NCBI GenBank assembly: GCA_965218095.1
Contig: OZ244587.1
Location: 256,001 to 320,000, forward strand
DNA: 64,000 nucleotides
Origin: Candidatus Poribacteria bacterium
GTDB taxonomy: Bacteria; Poribacteria; WGA-4E; PCPOR2b
Reading direction: 5' to 3'
The notes below the pieces were generated by a model. That model made no database searches and had not been told where the DNA came from. It saw nothing but the letters and a program-made list of their open reading frames with translations. Below are positions 1-11,420 of this stretch, piece by piece. Within the stretch, counting starts at the first letter, position 1; each line of letters opens with the position of its first letter. Both the position numbers and the translations under genes were made by a program.

Positions 1-430
1 GGAACAACTAACGTCGACCACGTCAAGCTCGAAATCGAGAGAGTCGCCGCGGATAATCTAGTCTACCTCCTGACAAGTCAGAATTGGGACGAATGGACGG
101 GGGAAGCGTTCATGGTTCGAGAGGAGCTCCAGATTGACCTAGTGCGAAATGAGGAGATTGCCATCTCGATTCCGCTGAAAGATTATCTCGCTGACGACCA
201 GGCCGGCATTTTCCGGGGCACGGCTCGTGATGCAAACCATCGGTGGCGTCATGCGAACCTCCACTTGATGATTACTGACCTGGGCATCATGGCAAAAGAG
301 ACGCGTGATGAACTATGGGTGTGGGTCAATTCGCTTTCGTCGCTCAAGCCGATCGCCAATGCAGAGGTCAAACTGATTACCCAGACCAACCACATCACCC
401 ACAGTGGCACAACCGACGACGCCGGACTAG

Positions 431-1237
431 GTTCTGTTGACATTTCAACGGGGCCATATAAGAGTGGAGACAAAGCTGAGAAATCCAAAATAACGGACAG
501 CTAGCTTCTCAAACCGAGAGAAGATACGACGATACCATTTTATCTTGTTGATGAAACATTCAACCCGATGTCTCTCTTTGTATAAGTGTTTGTCATACGT
601 TCTTTGGTCAACACGATGACTTTTTGGCGGTATCACCGCAATCGCTCCATTCGCCTTGATAACCGCGATAAAAGCGTCCGAATCGTACCCCTTGTCTCCA
701 ATCACATATTCACTGTTATATCCGATTATCAACCCGTCCGCCTCAGTTATGTCATGTCTCTGACCGGGTGTCAGATGAATTCTTAGGGGATTGCCTAGTC
801 CGTTAACTGTGATGTGATTTTTTGTACTGAAACCGCCCCGAGACCGACCTAATGCTTGGTTTTCAGTGCCACCCTTTTTTTTAAGGCGCCCGCCGCACAC
901 GGGAGATGGTACTGTCCACAATAAGCGACTCGATATCGGGGTCAGAGGCGAAGTGGTGGTGCATCTGTGTGAAGAACCTTTGTCGCACCATCGAGCAAAC
1001 CGTTTGTAGCGGGTGTTCCATTTGCCATAGGTGTCTGGTAGAAGTCTCCATTGAGCCCCACTACGAGTCACCCACAGAACCGCTTCGACGAAGCGGCGTG
1101 TAGCAGCTTCGTCGCCAACATAGATGGTGGGACAGCTTAGAAGAAACCGGTATATCTTATTCCATTGTTCATCAGGTAAGGTTATTGGCGTCATTCTTCT
1201 ATTATGCCACAACCTTATACTCAAATGTCAACAGAAC
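431..1237 (-). mobile_element. IS5-family insertion sequence (~807 bp) with CTAG target duplication
   Basis: GTTCTGTTGACATTT (431-445) and AAATGTCAACAGAAC (1223-1237) are perfect inverted repeats; CTAG at 427-430 and 1238-1241 (boundary ambiguous by 1 nt if the TSD is TA). Confidence 0.93.
445..1194 (-). CDS. IS5-family transposase, probably damaged in the middle
   Basis: SGAQWRLLP..YGKWNT.YKRFARW, ALGRSRGGFSTK, GDKGYDSD, YKERHRVECFINKIK.YRRI..RFEK; A8G slippery run near 872-884; segment between DKG and KKG reads out of the expected frame. Confidence 0.88.
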   Translation of the reverse strand: MTPITLPDEQWNKIYRFLLSCPTIYVGDEAATRRFVEAVLWVTRSGAQWRLLPDTYGKWNTRYKRFARWCDKGSSHRCTTTSPLTPISSRLLWTVPSPVCGGRLKKKGGTENQALGRSRGGFSTKNHITVNGLGNPLRIHLTPGQRHDITEADGLIIGYNSEYVIGDKGYDSDAFIAVIKANGAIAVIPPKSHRVDQRTYDKHLYKERHRVECFINKIKWYRRIFSRFEKLAVRYFGFLSFVSTLIWPR

Positions 1238-4200
1238 CTAGTCAAGTTTGAAACCAAATCCAAGCCATTTCTCATCACCGCGTCAAAGGGGAATGATCTC
1301 GCATTCTTCCAGTTGAACCAGAGCCACATTTCAACGGCCGATTTCAATGTCACCGGCGCGCCGTATCCGGGCGAGGGTTACGATGCCTACATTTACCCTG
1401 ACCGCGGGGTCTATCGCCCCGGTGAGACCGCCAACCTCGTGAGCGTCGTGCGCGGAAAGAACAACGTCACACCGCCATCATTCCCGGTGCTGTTGCAGGT
1501 GCTGGGTCCTGATCAACGCATCATGCGGGAATTTCGCACCCAAATCAACGCGGAAGGCGCCGCCGAATTTAACATCTCGTTCCCGGTCTACGCGAAAACG
1601 GGCGGATACACGGCGAAGTTGCTCGTGGCGAAGGTTGAAATCGGACGGGCGACTTTCAACGTTGAGGAGTTCATGCCCGACCGAATCAAGGTGAAGGTTA
1701 AGACAGACAAACCGAGCTATGACCTCGCTGACGAAGCGACGATAAGCGTGGAAGTAGTGAACCTCTTCGGCCCACCGGCAGCAGGGCGAAAAGTAGTCGC
1801 TACGTGCGATATTGAGGCGGAAGCATTTTCACCTGAGAAATGGCGTTCGTTTAGTTTCTCCAACGAAGGTCTGATGTTTCAGCGACAGCGGATTGAACTC
1901 GGCGAATCGAAGACAGATGAAAATGGTAGGGCTACCTACACCGTCACTTTGCCGAAAGCCCTGAGACCGCCCTCATCGTTACGCGGTATCCTCACGGTGA
2001 CCGTTAGTGAACCGGGGGGAAGGGCAGTCAACGCGTACAAACGCATCACCGTTCACCCTTATTCGCACTACGTTGGCATCCGCCGAGCGGGTGAAGGCTA
2101 TGCCAATCCCGGCGAGGAGGTCAAGCTAGAGTACATCGCTCTTGATAAGGAAGGGAGCCCTGCGCCCGGACGAAGTTTGGCGCTCACCGCTTACAAGATT
2201 CACTGGAACACCATCCTCCGTCGTGACAATCGAGGCCGTTATCGATACATCTCCGAGCAGCAGGCGGTGAAGCTGAAAACCCATCAGTTGACCTCGTCGG
2301 ATAAGATTGAGACGTTCATCTTCACACCGACCAGCTATGGTGAATATCGCATTGAGGTTCGCGATGTGGCATTGACGGCGTCCGCTTCGACGACATTTCA
2401 TGCCACCGGTTGGGGCTACGCGCCGTGGGCAATGGCAAATCCAGACCACCTGGAAATTGACCTCGACAAAGCATCGTACCAGCCGGGTGATGTTGCGAAG
2501 GCACAGATCAAAGCCCCCTTCCCCGGTAAGTTGCTGTTGACAATTGAACAGGACACTGTGTGTGAGCATCGAGTTGTCACAATGAAGGAGAACACAGCTA
2601 TGATTGACATCCCCATCAAGGCGGAATACAAGCCCAATACCTACATCTCCGGCAGCCTCATCCGCTCGACGAAATCGTTGGAGAAACACGCCCCTGCGCG
2701 AGCCTTCGGTGTTTCACCGTTGAAGATCGACGCAGAAAGCAACCGACTTGCGGTCGAGCTCGACACGCCGGAGACCATCCGTCCAAACCGTGAAGTTGAG
2801 ATTTCCTTCCGTGTGGCCCCCCTTCCTCCCCTCAAAGTTGGGGGGAATAAAGAGGGGTATCACGTCACGGTTGCAGCGGTTGATGAGGGGATTCTGCAAT
2901 TGACTAACTTCCGGATGCCTGACCCGCACAAGCATTTCTTCCGACAACGGCGGCTTGGCGTCGATACCTACGACCTCTATTCTGCGATTCTGCCAGAAGT
3001 CGAAGACACCGCCAGAAGGAAGTCAAGCACCGGCGGTGACGGGGTCGAGGCGGGGCGCAAAAGGCGTTTGAGCACCGTTAGTGTGACACGGGTCAAGCCA
3101 GTTTCGCTCTGGTCTGGGATTGTCCAAACCGATAACGCTGGTCGCGGGGTTGTTCGGTTCAACGTGCCGCAGTTCAATGGTTGACTGCGGGTGATGGCGG
3201 TCGCTTTCGCGGGAGACCACTTCGGCACCGCAGAGAAGTTCGTCACTGTCCGCGATCCGATTGTCCTGACGCCGACCTTCCCTCGCTTCATCTCCGGCGG
3301 TGACCAATTCAAAGTGCCTGTCAGTGTGTTCAACGGCACGGGAAAACCGGGCGACTTTGAGATCGAACTGAGCAAAGTAGGGTTTGTCGAAATCACAGAC
3401 GAAAGCGTGCAGACCGTGAGCCTTGAAGTCGGACAGGAGAAACAGATCTTCTTCGACGTTGCTGCTTATAATGGCATCGGAAAAGTCACGTTTAACCTCG
3501 CTGCATTGGGGAATGACGAGAGCGCCATGATGGCCGCAAACCTTCCGCTTCGGCCCGCTGCGCCGCCTGTGACGAAGACGGGCATCGGCGTCGTGAAGGA
3601 AGGGGAGGCGGCGGATTTTATCTTCCCATCAAACTACATCGAAGGAACAGATGGCTTTAACCTCTCGATTTCGTCGTTCCCGGCGATTAAGTTTGCAGGA
3701 GGGATTTCGTATCTCCTGCGGTATCCATATGGATGAATAGAGCAAACTACATCGGGAGTTTTCCCGTTGCTCGCTTTTGATGACATTACCGAATCCATTG
3801 ACCCCGAATTCTTCCAGAAGGGCAAAGCCGATTACTTCATCAATGAAGGTATCGCCAAGCTGGAGAGCATGCTGCTGCCGTCTAACCATTTCGCTTTTTG
3901 GCCCGGCGGGACGTACTCTCTTACTTGGGGCAGTATCTATGGCGCACACTTCCTCGTCGAAGCGCGAAAGGCAGGCTATCAGGTCTCCGATCGGGTCTAC
4001 AACGCAATGATTGAAGGTCTCAAGGAGACCGCGAGGCAGAGTACAGGCGGTGGACGTGCGCCGCATGAACCGCAGCCGTGGGGCGGAAGTTATGAGACGC
4101 AGCAAATCGCTTACGCCATCTATGTCCTCGCGGCGGCTGGACACCCTGACAAGAGTACGATGCTCTACCTGAAAAACGAGCGTCTGAACGACCTCGCTGA

Positions 4201-5231
4201 TTACAGCCGATTCCAACTCGCAGGCGCCTTCGCGCTCTCCGGTGACCTGAACACTGCGCTCTCGCTGCTGCCTTCGACGATTAGCCCACGCATTAACAAT
4301 CGGCGCGAATCCGGCGGTAACTTCAATTCCTCCGCCCGGGCGCAAGCAATCATGCTCGACATGCTGGCGGAGGTGCACGCCGAGCATCCATCGGTTCCGA
4401 CGCTGGTCAAAAATCTCACCAACGCCGCGTCGGGTAGCGGTCGCTGGTACACGACGCAGGAGAACGCCTTCGCGTTTCTCGCACTCGGCAAGATGCTCAA
4501 AAAACAGATCAATACCCAATACACCGGCACAATCATGGTGGACGGGAAAAAGTTCACCGACTTCGATTCGACTGAGCATCAATATTCCAGCGAAGATTGG
4601 AGTGGAAAACGGATACAGTTGAGCATCGAAGGCGCCGGAACCGCTTACTACTACTGGACTGCTTTCGGCATTGAGACCGGTTCGTTCATCCCAACCTGCG
4701 ATAAGGATTTGCAGGTACGACGCCGCTTCCGCACGGAAGATGGTGCTCCGGTCACCAACGGTGAGTTCAAGCACGGTGGCCTGTTTGTCGCAGAGATCGC
4801 CGTCAAACCGTTGACCGAAGATTTGGAGAACGTCGCTGTTGTTGACATGCTGCCCGCAGGGTTTGAGATTGAGAACCCGCGTCTGGAGTCTCGCGCCGGG
4901 ATTCCGTGGATCGCCGACAGGAGCTTCAAGCCAAACCACATGGACATCCGCGATGACCGGATCATCTTCTTCGGGAAGTTTTAGCGAAATCGTGAGCAGA
5001 AGATCTACTACGCCCTCCGCGCTGTCACGCGAGGTGAGTTTACGCTTCCGCCGGTTTCCGCCGAAGCGATGTATGATCCGGCGAAGTCGTCGGTGGCGTC
5101 AAGTGGGAAGATCAAGGTGGTCGAGTGAAGCATAAAACGTAAAACGTGAAACATAAAGCAATCACTCTTGAACTAGCAGATAGAATGATGATATAATTGA
5201 ACGCGACAGCGCAACAAATCCAGACTTTTAT

Positions 5232-5343
5232 GAATTCTCCATAAGGATAGTGCATTACGTTGTAGTAGCAACTTCAGTCGCTGTCATCAGCGCTTAAAAT
5301 CGCTACTACGGTTTAATGCACAATTTGAAAAGAGAATTGGTAT
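5232..5343. repeat. Nested palindromic element (MITE/REPIN-like)
   Basis: Nested inverted pairs AATTCTC/GAGAATT, GTGCATTA/TAATGCAC, GTAGTAGC/GCTACTAC. Confidence 0.6.
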
Positions 5344-5405
5344 TCTATGGACGAATATCTATGCTTCAGCGCCAATAAGGAGACCGGCCCGATAGGCCTC
5401 TTGTT

Positions 5406-5890
5406 ATGAACCCCATTTTCGTCTCGCTTGTTTTTCTACTTGCAAACGTGGTAATCTTGCTGCTGATCCTGGTTCTGAATCGGTTGCCTGGAACCAGACA
5501 CAGTTAGCCAACCCTGCCACCACAGGAAATCTCAGGGCAGAACACCCTAAACGCATCTGATATTCTCGGCTGGGAGTTTGAGTGCGCCCGCACTACGTCC
5601 AGCGAGGGCGCGACCGGCATACCATGATCGACTTCTATCTGTTGGCCATGGGTATCGTCGCGGCAGGGGTTGTCAACGTCCTAAAAACGGATGGTGATGC
5701 CCTGCCGGTCATCGGAACCGTGCTCCTGTGGCTACTGTGTGTCGTCGGGTGGCTCTATTTTTTTGAAGATCATTTATCTACGCCGGGCGTGGTATGACAG
5801 CGCTCAAGCGATGAACCAGATTAAGGAATTCTACATTCAGCATGCAGAAGGATTCGGCGCTGATGTCTTGCGCACGGCCTTCGCTGACCG
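5406..5890 (+). pseudogene. Fragmented hypothetical membrane protein
   Basis: MNPIFVSLVFLL...*...DILGWEFE / DRHTMIDFYLL...WLYF / LKIIYLRRAWYDSAQAMNQIKEFY across a stop and two frameshifts. Confidence 0.55.
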
Positions 5891-5959
5891 TTTGGACAAA
5901 TGTGGCAGCAACAGCATTCAGGGCGCCAGTGGAATCCGGGGAATTGTTCTGGTGGCTAC

Positions 5960-6762
5960 CGCTAGGTCGAATAGGGATTTTTGCTTTCCGCCTCACCGCA
6001 ATTGACCAAGCCAACCATGAGAGCAAAAGTATCGTCACCGTCAATGTTTTGGCTCCTATGAAAAGGAAAGATGGCGGACTCTCCAGTTCATCGGACGGTG
6101 AGGCGTCTCTCTACGTCCCACCCAACAGCCTCCCCCAAGACACGATCATCACCATTAACCCCGTTCCCGAAGACAGAATTCAGCCGCACCCCAACAATTT
6201 GGGAATTGCTTACGATCTTGCGCCGGCAGATCGCCAATTCAACAAAATCAAGCCCGCGACCCTCACCATCTCCTATCGGGGCGGCCATACCAGAAGGGAA
6301 ACAGGTCATGATCTTCAGGTGAGAAACGGATGCATGGAAGGCGCTTGGTGGCGCCGTAGACGGTAAAGCCGAGACGGTTTCCACCGCCGTCGGTCAGTTG
6401 GGGCGTTTCGCCCTGATGGCGGTGGATGCCCCAAGGGCAGACGACGGAGCAAAAATTGCCAAAGGTAGCTTGACCTGTCAGCCCCGTGCGTTTTCCCCAC
6501 GGGGTGGGACTTTCAGCACGCGCGCAACTATCTCGTTTACACTGGACAGTCCCGCTTCCGCCACCGTCACCGTTACGGTCTACACCGTCGCCGGTGGGTG
6601 AAGCTGATTGCCCATGAACGGCTGCTGTCCAACGGAACCAACGCCTTTACGTGGGACGGCAAGGACGACAACGGCGACATCGTGCCGACAGGATTGTACA
6701 TCGTCGTCGTCCAAGTCGGTCAAAGCACCGAGACGAAGGTTGTGAGCGTACATAATCGATAG
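5960..6762 (+). pseudogene. C-terminal remnant of a secreted protein with FlgD-Ig-like sorting domain
   Basis: LYVPPNSLPQD, LGRFALM, PRAFSPRGG..ATISFTL, FTWDGKDDNGDIVPTGLYIV in three frames. Confidence 0.7.
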
Positions 6763-6776
6763 AAAGAGGAACGAAA

Positions 6777-9246
6777 ATGATCTACATCCTCCATTCCAAA
6801 CAGATCCGTTTTTTCCTTTATACCCTTTTAGGAACAGTGCTTCTTCTTGCGCTGCTGTTCATGATTGGCAATTGGCTGTTCCCCCTGCCGGTCGAAAAAC
6901 TCTATCAACCACCATCAACGCTGGTGCTCGATCGGGATGGTGAATGGCTCAGAGCCTTTACCGCACCGGACGATTCTTGGCGCATTCCCGAACCGTCGTT
7001 GAATGAAATCTCGCCGAAGCTGCAAACCGCCGTACTGACGTATGAGGATCAATGGTTCTACCACCACTTGGGGATCAATCCGATCTCAATCATCCAGGCG
7101 GGGTTCGACAACATCAAGGCAAAACGGGTTGTCCGGGGCGGATCGACCATCACGATGCAGGTAGCGCGGATGATGGAGCCGAAAGATCGCTCCGTGCCGA
7201 ACAAACTGATCGAGATGTTCCGTGCCATCCAGCTTGAACTTACCTGCTCCAAAGACGAAATCCTCACGCTCTACTTCAACAAACCGCAGAACCGCCTCAG
7301 CTTAGGTGAGGCCGCCTTGCTCGCTGCCATCCCCAATTCACCGACGCTGCTGCGTCCAGACCTCCACTCCGAAAACGCACGGAGTGCACGTGAGAAGGTC
7401 TTGAGACGCTTGCTCAAACATGGGAAGATCAATGAGCAGGAGTTTCAGGAAGCTGCCAGTGAGCCAATTCCTACAAAGCGGTACCCGATGCCGTTCAAGG
7501 CACCGCACCTCACTCGTTTGCTCAGACAGACGTATCTAGACTTCTCCTTTCGCAATTTAGCTTCTCTCCTCTCTCCTCTCAGGCCTACTCCCTTCTCCTC
7601 GCAGAGCCTGCCCCGATTCATCGGGGGGAGGGGCCGGGGGAGAGATCGGGCGAATTCACTCGACCATCAACGCTGAAATTCAGGAGCTATCGGCGTGCAT
7701 CCTGCGGGAGCATCTCGCCCCGTTGCGACGTGAAGGCGTCTCAACGGGCGCGATTGTGGTGATGGATACCAAGAGCCGCGAGGTCCTGGCGATGGTCGGC
7801 TCTTACGGTTTCTTTGATCGGACCGGCAAAGGGCAGGTCAACGGCGCGACTGCACCGCGCTCGCCGGGGTCAGCGCTCAAGCCTTTTATCTACGCGCTCG
7901 CCTTGGATCGGGGATTCATTACCCCCGAAAGCCCGCTGCACGATGTCCCCGTCGATTACTCAGGATACAGCCCCGTCAATTATGATGGGGAGCATCGTGG
8001 CTATCTCACGGCGCGGGAGGCGTTGGCGCACTTACTCAATGTGCCCGCCGTGAACCTGTATGCCCAATTGGGAAATGATGGCATCTACTCGTTTCTCAAA
8101 CGCGCGGGGGGCTCTACGCTGTCTGAGTCAAGAGCACACTACGGATTAACGCTGATATTGGGTGGATGCGAGGTCACACTGCTGGAACTGACGACGCTTT
8201 ATGCGGGGCTCGCCAATTTTGGAAAATTTGCGCCCTACCGATTGACAAAAAGGCAAGGAGACGGAAGGGAAGAATGGAAGGAAAGGAAGGACGGAAGTAA
8301 GGGAAGGACGGAAGGATCGAACCATAATACGCAATACGCAATACGCAATACACAATTCAAACAACTCCTGAGCAAAGAAGCCTGTTTCATTCTCACCGAA
8401 ATGCTGACGGAAGTCCGACGCCCTGATCTGCCTGCTGCCTTTGAAGCGTCGATTAACCTTCCGAAAGTCGCATGGAAGACGGGGACTTCCTACGGACACA
8501 GAGACGCCTGGAGCGTTGGTTATACCCCTAAGTACACAATCGGGGTTTGGGCAGGCAATTTTGACGGACGTGGCGCCCCATCCCTCGTCGGATCCGAAGT
8601 CGCCGCGCCGATTCTGTGCGCACTATTCAACGCTCTGATGACCCCTACCACAAACCGATGGTTTACACGTCCCTATCAAGTGCAGACGCGCAAAGTGTGT
8701 GCGTTAAGCGGCATGCCGCTATCGGCTCACTGTCCGACCGCCAAAATCGATTCCTACATCCCCAGTGTCTCCCCCAACACGCCCTGTTCGAGACACAAAC
8801 TGATCACCATCGATGATCAAACCGGGACAACCCTCTGCTCACATTGTCGGATCGGACGGACTTATCAACGGGTTATCTTTGAGGAGTGGCCTGCGGAAAT
8901 CGCCACATGGTTGAACAGAAACGGCTTCGCGATTCAACCCATTCCCCCACACAACCCAGATTGCTCTGGCGTTGTTGCTAGACAGGGGCCCATCATTCGC
9001 TCGCTGTCAGGAGATAGCGAATATCATATACGGGCGGGTGTACCGCTTGCATATCAAAAGATCCTTTTAGAAGCATCTGTGTCCAATCGAACGAAGGAGA
9101 TCTTCTGGTTTGTTGATGGGCAGTTGATTTTTAAGGGGGATCCCACCGAGCCGGTGTTTCTCACGCCCATTGCGGGGAAGCACCTGCTGACCTGCGTTGA
9201 TGATGAGGGGCGTTCAACGAGCCGGACGCTTGCTATCAAGGGTTAG
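6777..9246 (+). pseudogene. pbpC: Penicillin-binding protein 1C, frameshifted near 7560-7650 and internally deleted near 7280
   Basis: EDQWFYHH.GINP, GGSTITMQVAR, RSPGSALKPF, KTGTSYGHRDAW; lies downstream of A2M; transglycosylase segment after LYFN missing. Confidence 0.88.
8263..8355 (+). repeat. Octamer (GGAAGnnn) and heptamer (AATACGC) tandem repeats in frame within pbpC
   Basis: ggaagggaagaatggaaggaaaggaaggacggaag...; aatacgc x3 + aatacac. Confidence 0.85.
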
Positions 9247-9328
9247 CCGTACCTCATTCCCTCGCAACAATACCATTATCACGAAGGCCAGTGTGCGCCA
9301 ACACCCAAAATTTGAAGGAGGGCATTTA

Positions 9329-10100
9329 ATACGCAAGGAAGTTTACGGCATTCATCATGTCACTGCGATTGCAGGTGACCCGCAAGCCAATGTTGACTTC
9401 TATGCTGGCAGTTTGGGCTTGCGAATGGTCAAGAAGACAGTCAATTTCGATAATCCGGGGACATATCACTTTTATTACGGCGACGAATACGGCAATCCGG
9501 AGACAATTCTCCCCTTTTTCCCGTCGACTGGGCGGGTGCCTAAAGGTCGCGCTGGCAATGGACAATTGACCATCATTTCGTTCTCAATTCCAGAAAATGC
9601 GATAAGCTACTGGACGGAACGCCTGAAAAAGTTGGATATTGATTTCACGGGACCTTATACCTGTTTCGATGAAGAAGTGATTGGTTTTCATGATCGGGAC
9701 GGGATTGAATTGGAGTTAGTCGGTTCAGCAGCGGATTCGCGGAAGGAGTGGGAGAATGGGGTGATTTCCCCCGAACATGCGATTCGCGGATGTTCAACGT
9801 ACTGCTCTCCGAAGAAGACTACGACCGAACCACCGATTTGATGATGACAACACTCGGTTTTCGTTTGGTAAAAAAGAAGGGCAATCGATTTCGCTACGAA
9901 TCCGGCGAAGGCGGCATCGGCACTTATGTCGATTTACTGTGTCAACCGTCGGGGCATTCTGGGCAGATGGGCGTTGGCGCAGTCCATCATGTCGTCTAGC
10001 GCACAGAGAACAATAACACACAACGTGAGTTGCGACGAGAATTGGCACAGCAGGGCTACAATGTCAGTCTATTCATGGATCGGACCTACTTTCATTCGAT
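9329..10100 (+). pseudogene. Ring-cleaving dioxygenase / glyoxalase (MhqO-like) remnant
   Basis: GIHHVTAIAGDPQ, KKTVNFDNPGTYHFYYGD, GAVHHVV*R; start ATA after GGAGG, frameshift ~9790, TAG 9997, truncated. Confidence 0.85.
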
Positions 10101-10184
10101 GGGCTAATGTCACCGCCGTGGTTAGAGAAAGAACGTGCATCCCTTGAGCAGATCTCGTCATCAATCACCATGCCAACTTTTTCC

Positions 10185-10228
10185 TTGACGCCTTAACTTG
10201 TGTATAGTATATTAAAGGCATCTATACA
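10185..10228 (+). promoter_or_regulatory. sigma70 promoter of lexA with overlapping inverted repeat
   Basis: TTGACG(10185)-17 nt-TATATT(10208); TGTATAG-N14-CTATACA at 10201-10228. Confidence 0.6.
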
Positions 10229-10246
10229 TTATGTTAGGAGAAAATC

Positions 10247-10855
10247 GTGCGAAAACCATTGACGAAAAAACAGGAACGGATATTTGAATTCGTTCGGAAT
10301 CATTTGCAAGATACAGGCTATCCGCCAACCGTCCGTGAAATCGGGACATCGTTCGGAATTTCTGAGAAGGGCGCCCATGATCACCTGAATGCGATTGAAA
10401 AGAAAGGCTACATACGGCGCAGCCCCAAAAAACCGCGCGCCATCGAAATCTTGGAATTTGTGCCGAAAAAGCTGCCGCAAGCAGCAATTGAGGTGCCAAT
10501 CGTTGGACGAGTTGCCGCCGGTGAACCCCTATTGGCTTCCCAGAATATTGAGGGAACTTTACCCCTTCCGCGGGAGGTCGTCAAGGACGATACCTGTTTT
10601 GCTTTGCGTATCAAAGGGGAAAGTATGATTGAAGCGGGCATCTTTGAGCGCGATCTCGTAATCGTGAGATTACAAAATTACGCGGATGCCGGAGATATTG
10701 TTGTCGCGTTGCTCGGTGAGGAGGCAACGGTGAAGCGATTCTTCCGTGATGGTACGAAGATTCGCCTTCAACCTGAAAACGGCGCTATGTCTCCGATGAT
10801 TGTCGATGATGCGCAGATTTTGGGAAAGGTTGTTGGGCTTTTCCGCAAGATGTAG
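10247..10855 (+). CDS. lexA: LexA repressor
   Basis: GYPPTVREIG, VGRVAAGEP cleavage site, GESM (Ser), ATVKR (Lys). Confidence 0.96.
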   Translation: MRKPLTKKQERIFEFVRNHLQDTGYPPTVREIGTSFGISEKGAHDHLNAIEKKGYIRRSPKKPRAIEILEFVPKKLPQAAIEVPIVGRVAAGEPLLASQNIEGTLPLPREVVKDDTCFALRIKGESMIEAGIFERDLVIVRLQNYADAGDIVVALLGEEATVKRFFRDGTKIRLQPENGAMSPMIVDDAQILGKVVGLFRKM

Positions 10856-10981
10856 GCACTGGAGCTCACTTCAATTTCTTGCTTATACCCGTTCTAAATT
10901 CAAATCGCGCATTCAAATGTCCCTCTGTGCCCCGCCGATAAATCTATGAGAAATCTGTTTTCAAGCAGCCTTTTGCACTAG

Positions 10982-11420
10982 CGGAGGGAGATCCTTCGGG
11001 CTTTTCGGGAAGTCCAACACACGACGACATCAGCCGTTACGCTTGAGGGGATAGAATCTGGGACAATTCGGATCCGGTTTGACAAGCGATTATCGAAAGC
11101 AGGTCTTGCAACGGATGAGAGAATAATTGTCAATCGAACGATGAATTTAGATGACATTCTTGCAACGATTGTCCATGAAGGGCGTCATCGTTTGGATCTG
11201 GCATCCGGCTTGATTCCACTGGCAAGTCAAGTGACGACTGAACAACGACCATGCTGCTGAATTTGCAAAGCTCAATAGCTTGACAAGGTCTGCTGCATTT
11301 GTTCATTCGCAGATGCATCCCGCCTAGTTGCTGGAGAGTCTCATTCAAACATCTTCTTATGGCTTTGGGCAGATTTCTGATGATGTATTCAGCCGGGTTC
11401 TCAAGGGGGTATGGAAATGA
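10982..11420 (+). pseudogene. HExxH metallopeptidase (polymorphic-toxin-like) C-terminal remnant
   Basis: My translation from 10982: ...ERIIVNRTMNLDDILATIVHEGRHRLDL (HEGRH 11174-11188); after a frameshift ends ...VLKGVWK* with ATGA overlap on the next gene. Confidence 0.5.

Larger units (their letters stand above)
1..5128 (+). pseudogene. Bacterial alpha-2-macroglobulin (YfhM-like), 5' end outside window; disrupted by IS5 and in-frame stops at 3182 (TGA), 3734 (TGA), 4982 (TAG)
   Basis: Motifs DRGVYRPGET, VEEFMPDRIKV, AAVDEGIL, YPYG*IEQT, WYTTQENAFA, DMLPAGFEIEN, DIRDDR, AVTRGEFTLPPVSAEAMY. ORFs 1124, 3191, 3767 and the tail after 4984 share one frame. Removing the IS joins DDAGL to VKFETK in frame. 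Confidence 0.93.

Noticed and set aside
3629-4939. 436-aa minus-strand ORF and other long antisense ORFs
   Set aside because: Shadows of GC-rich plus-strand genes with no recognisable motifs.
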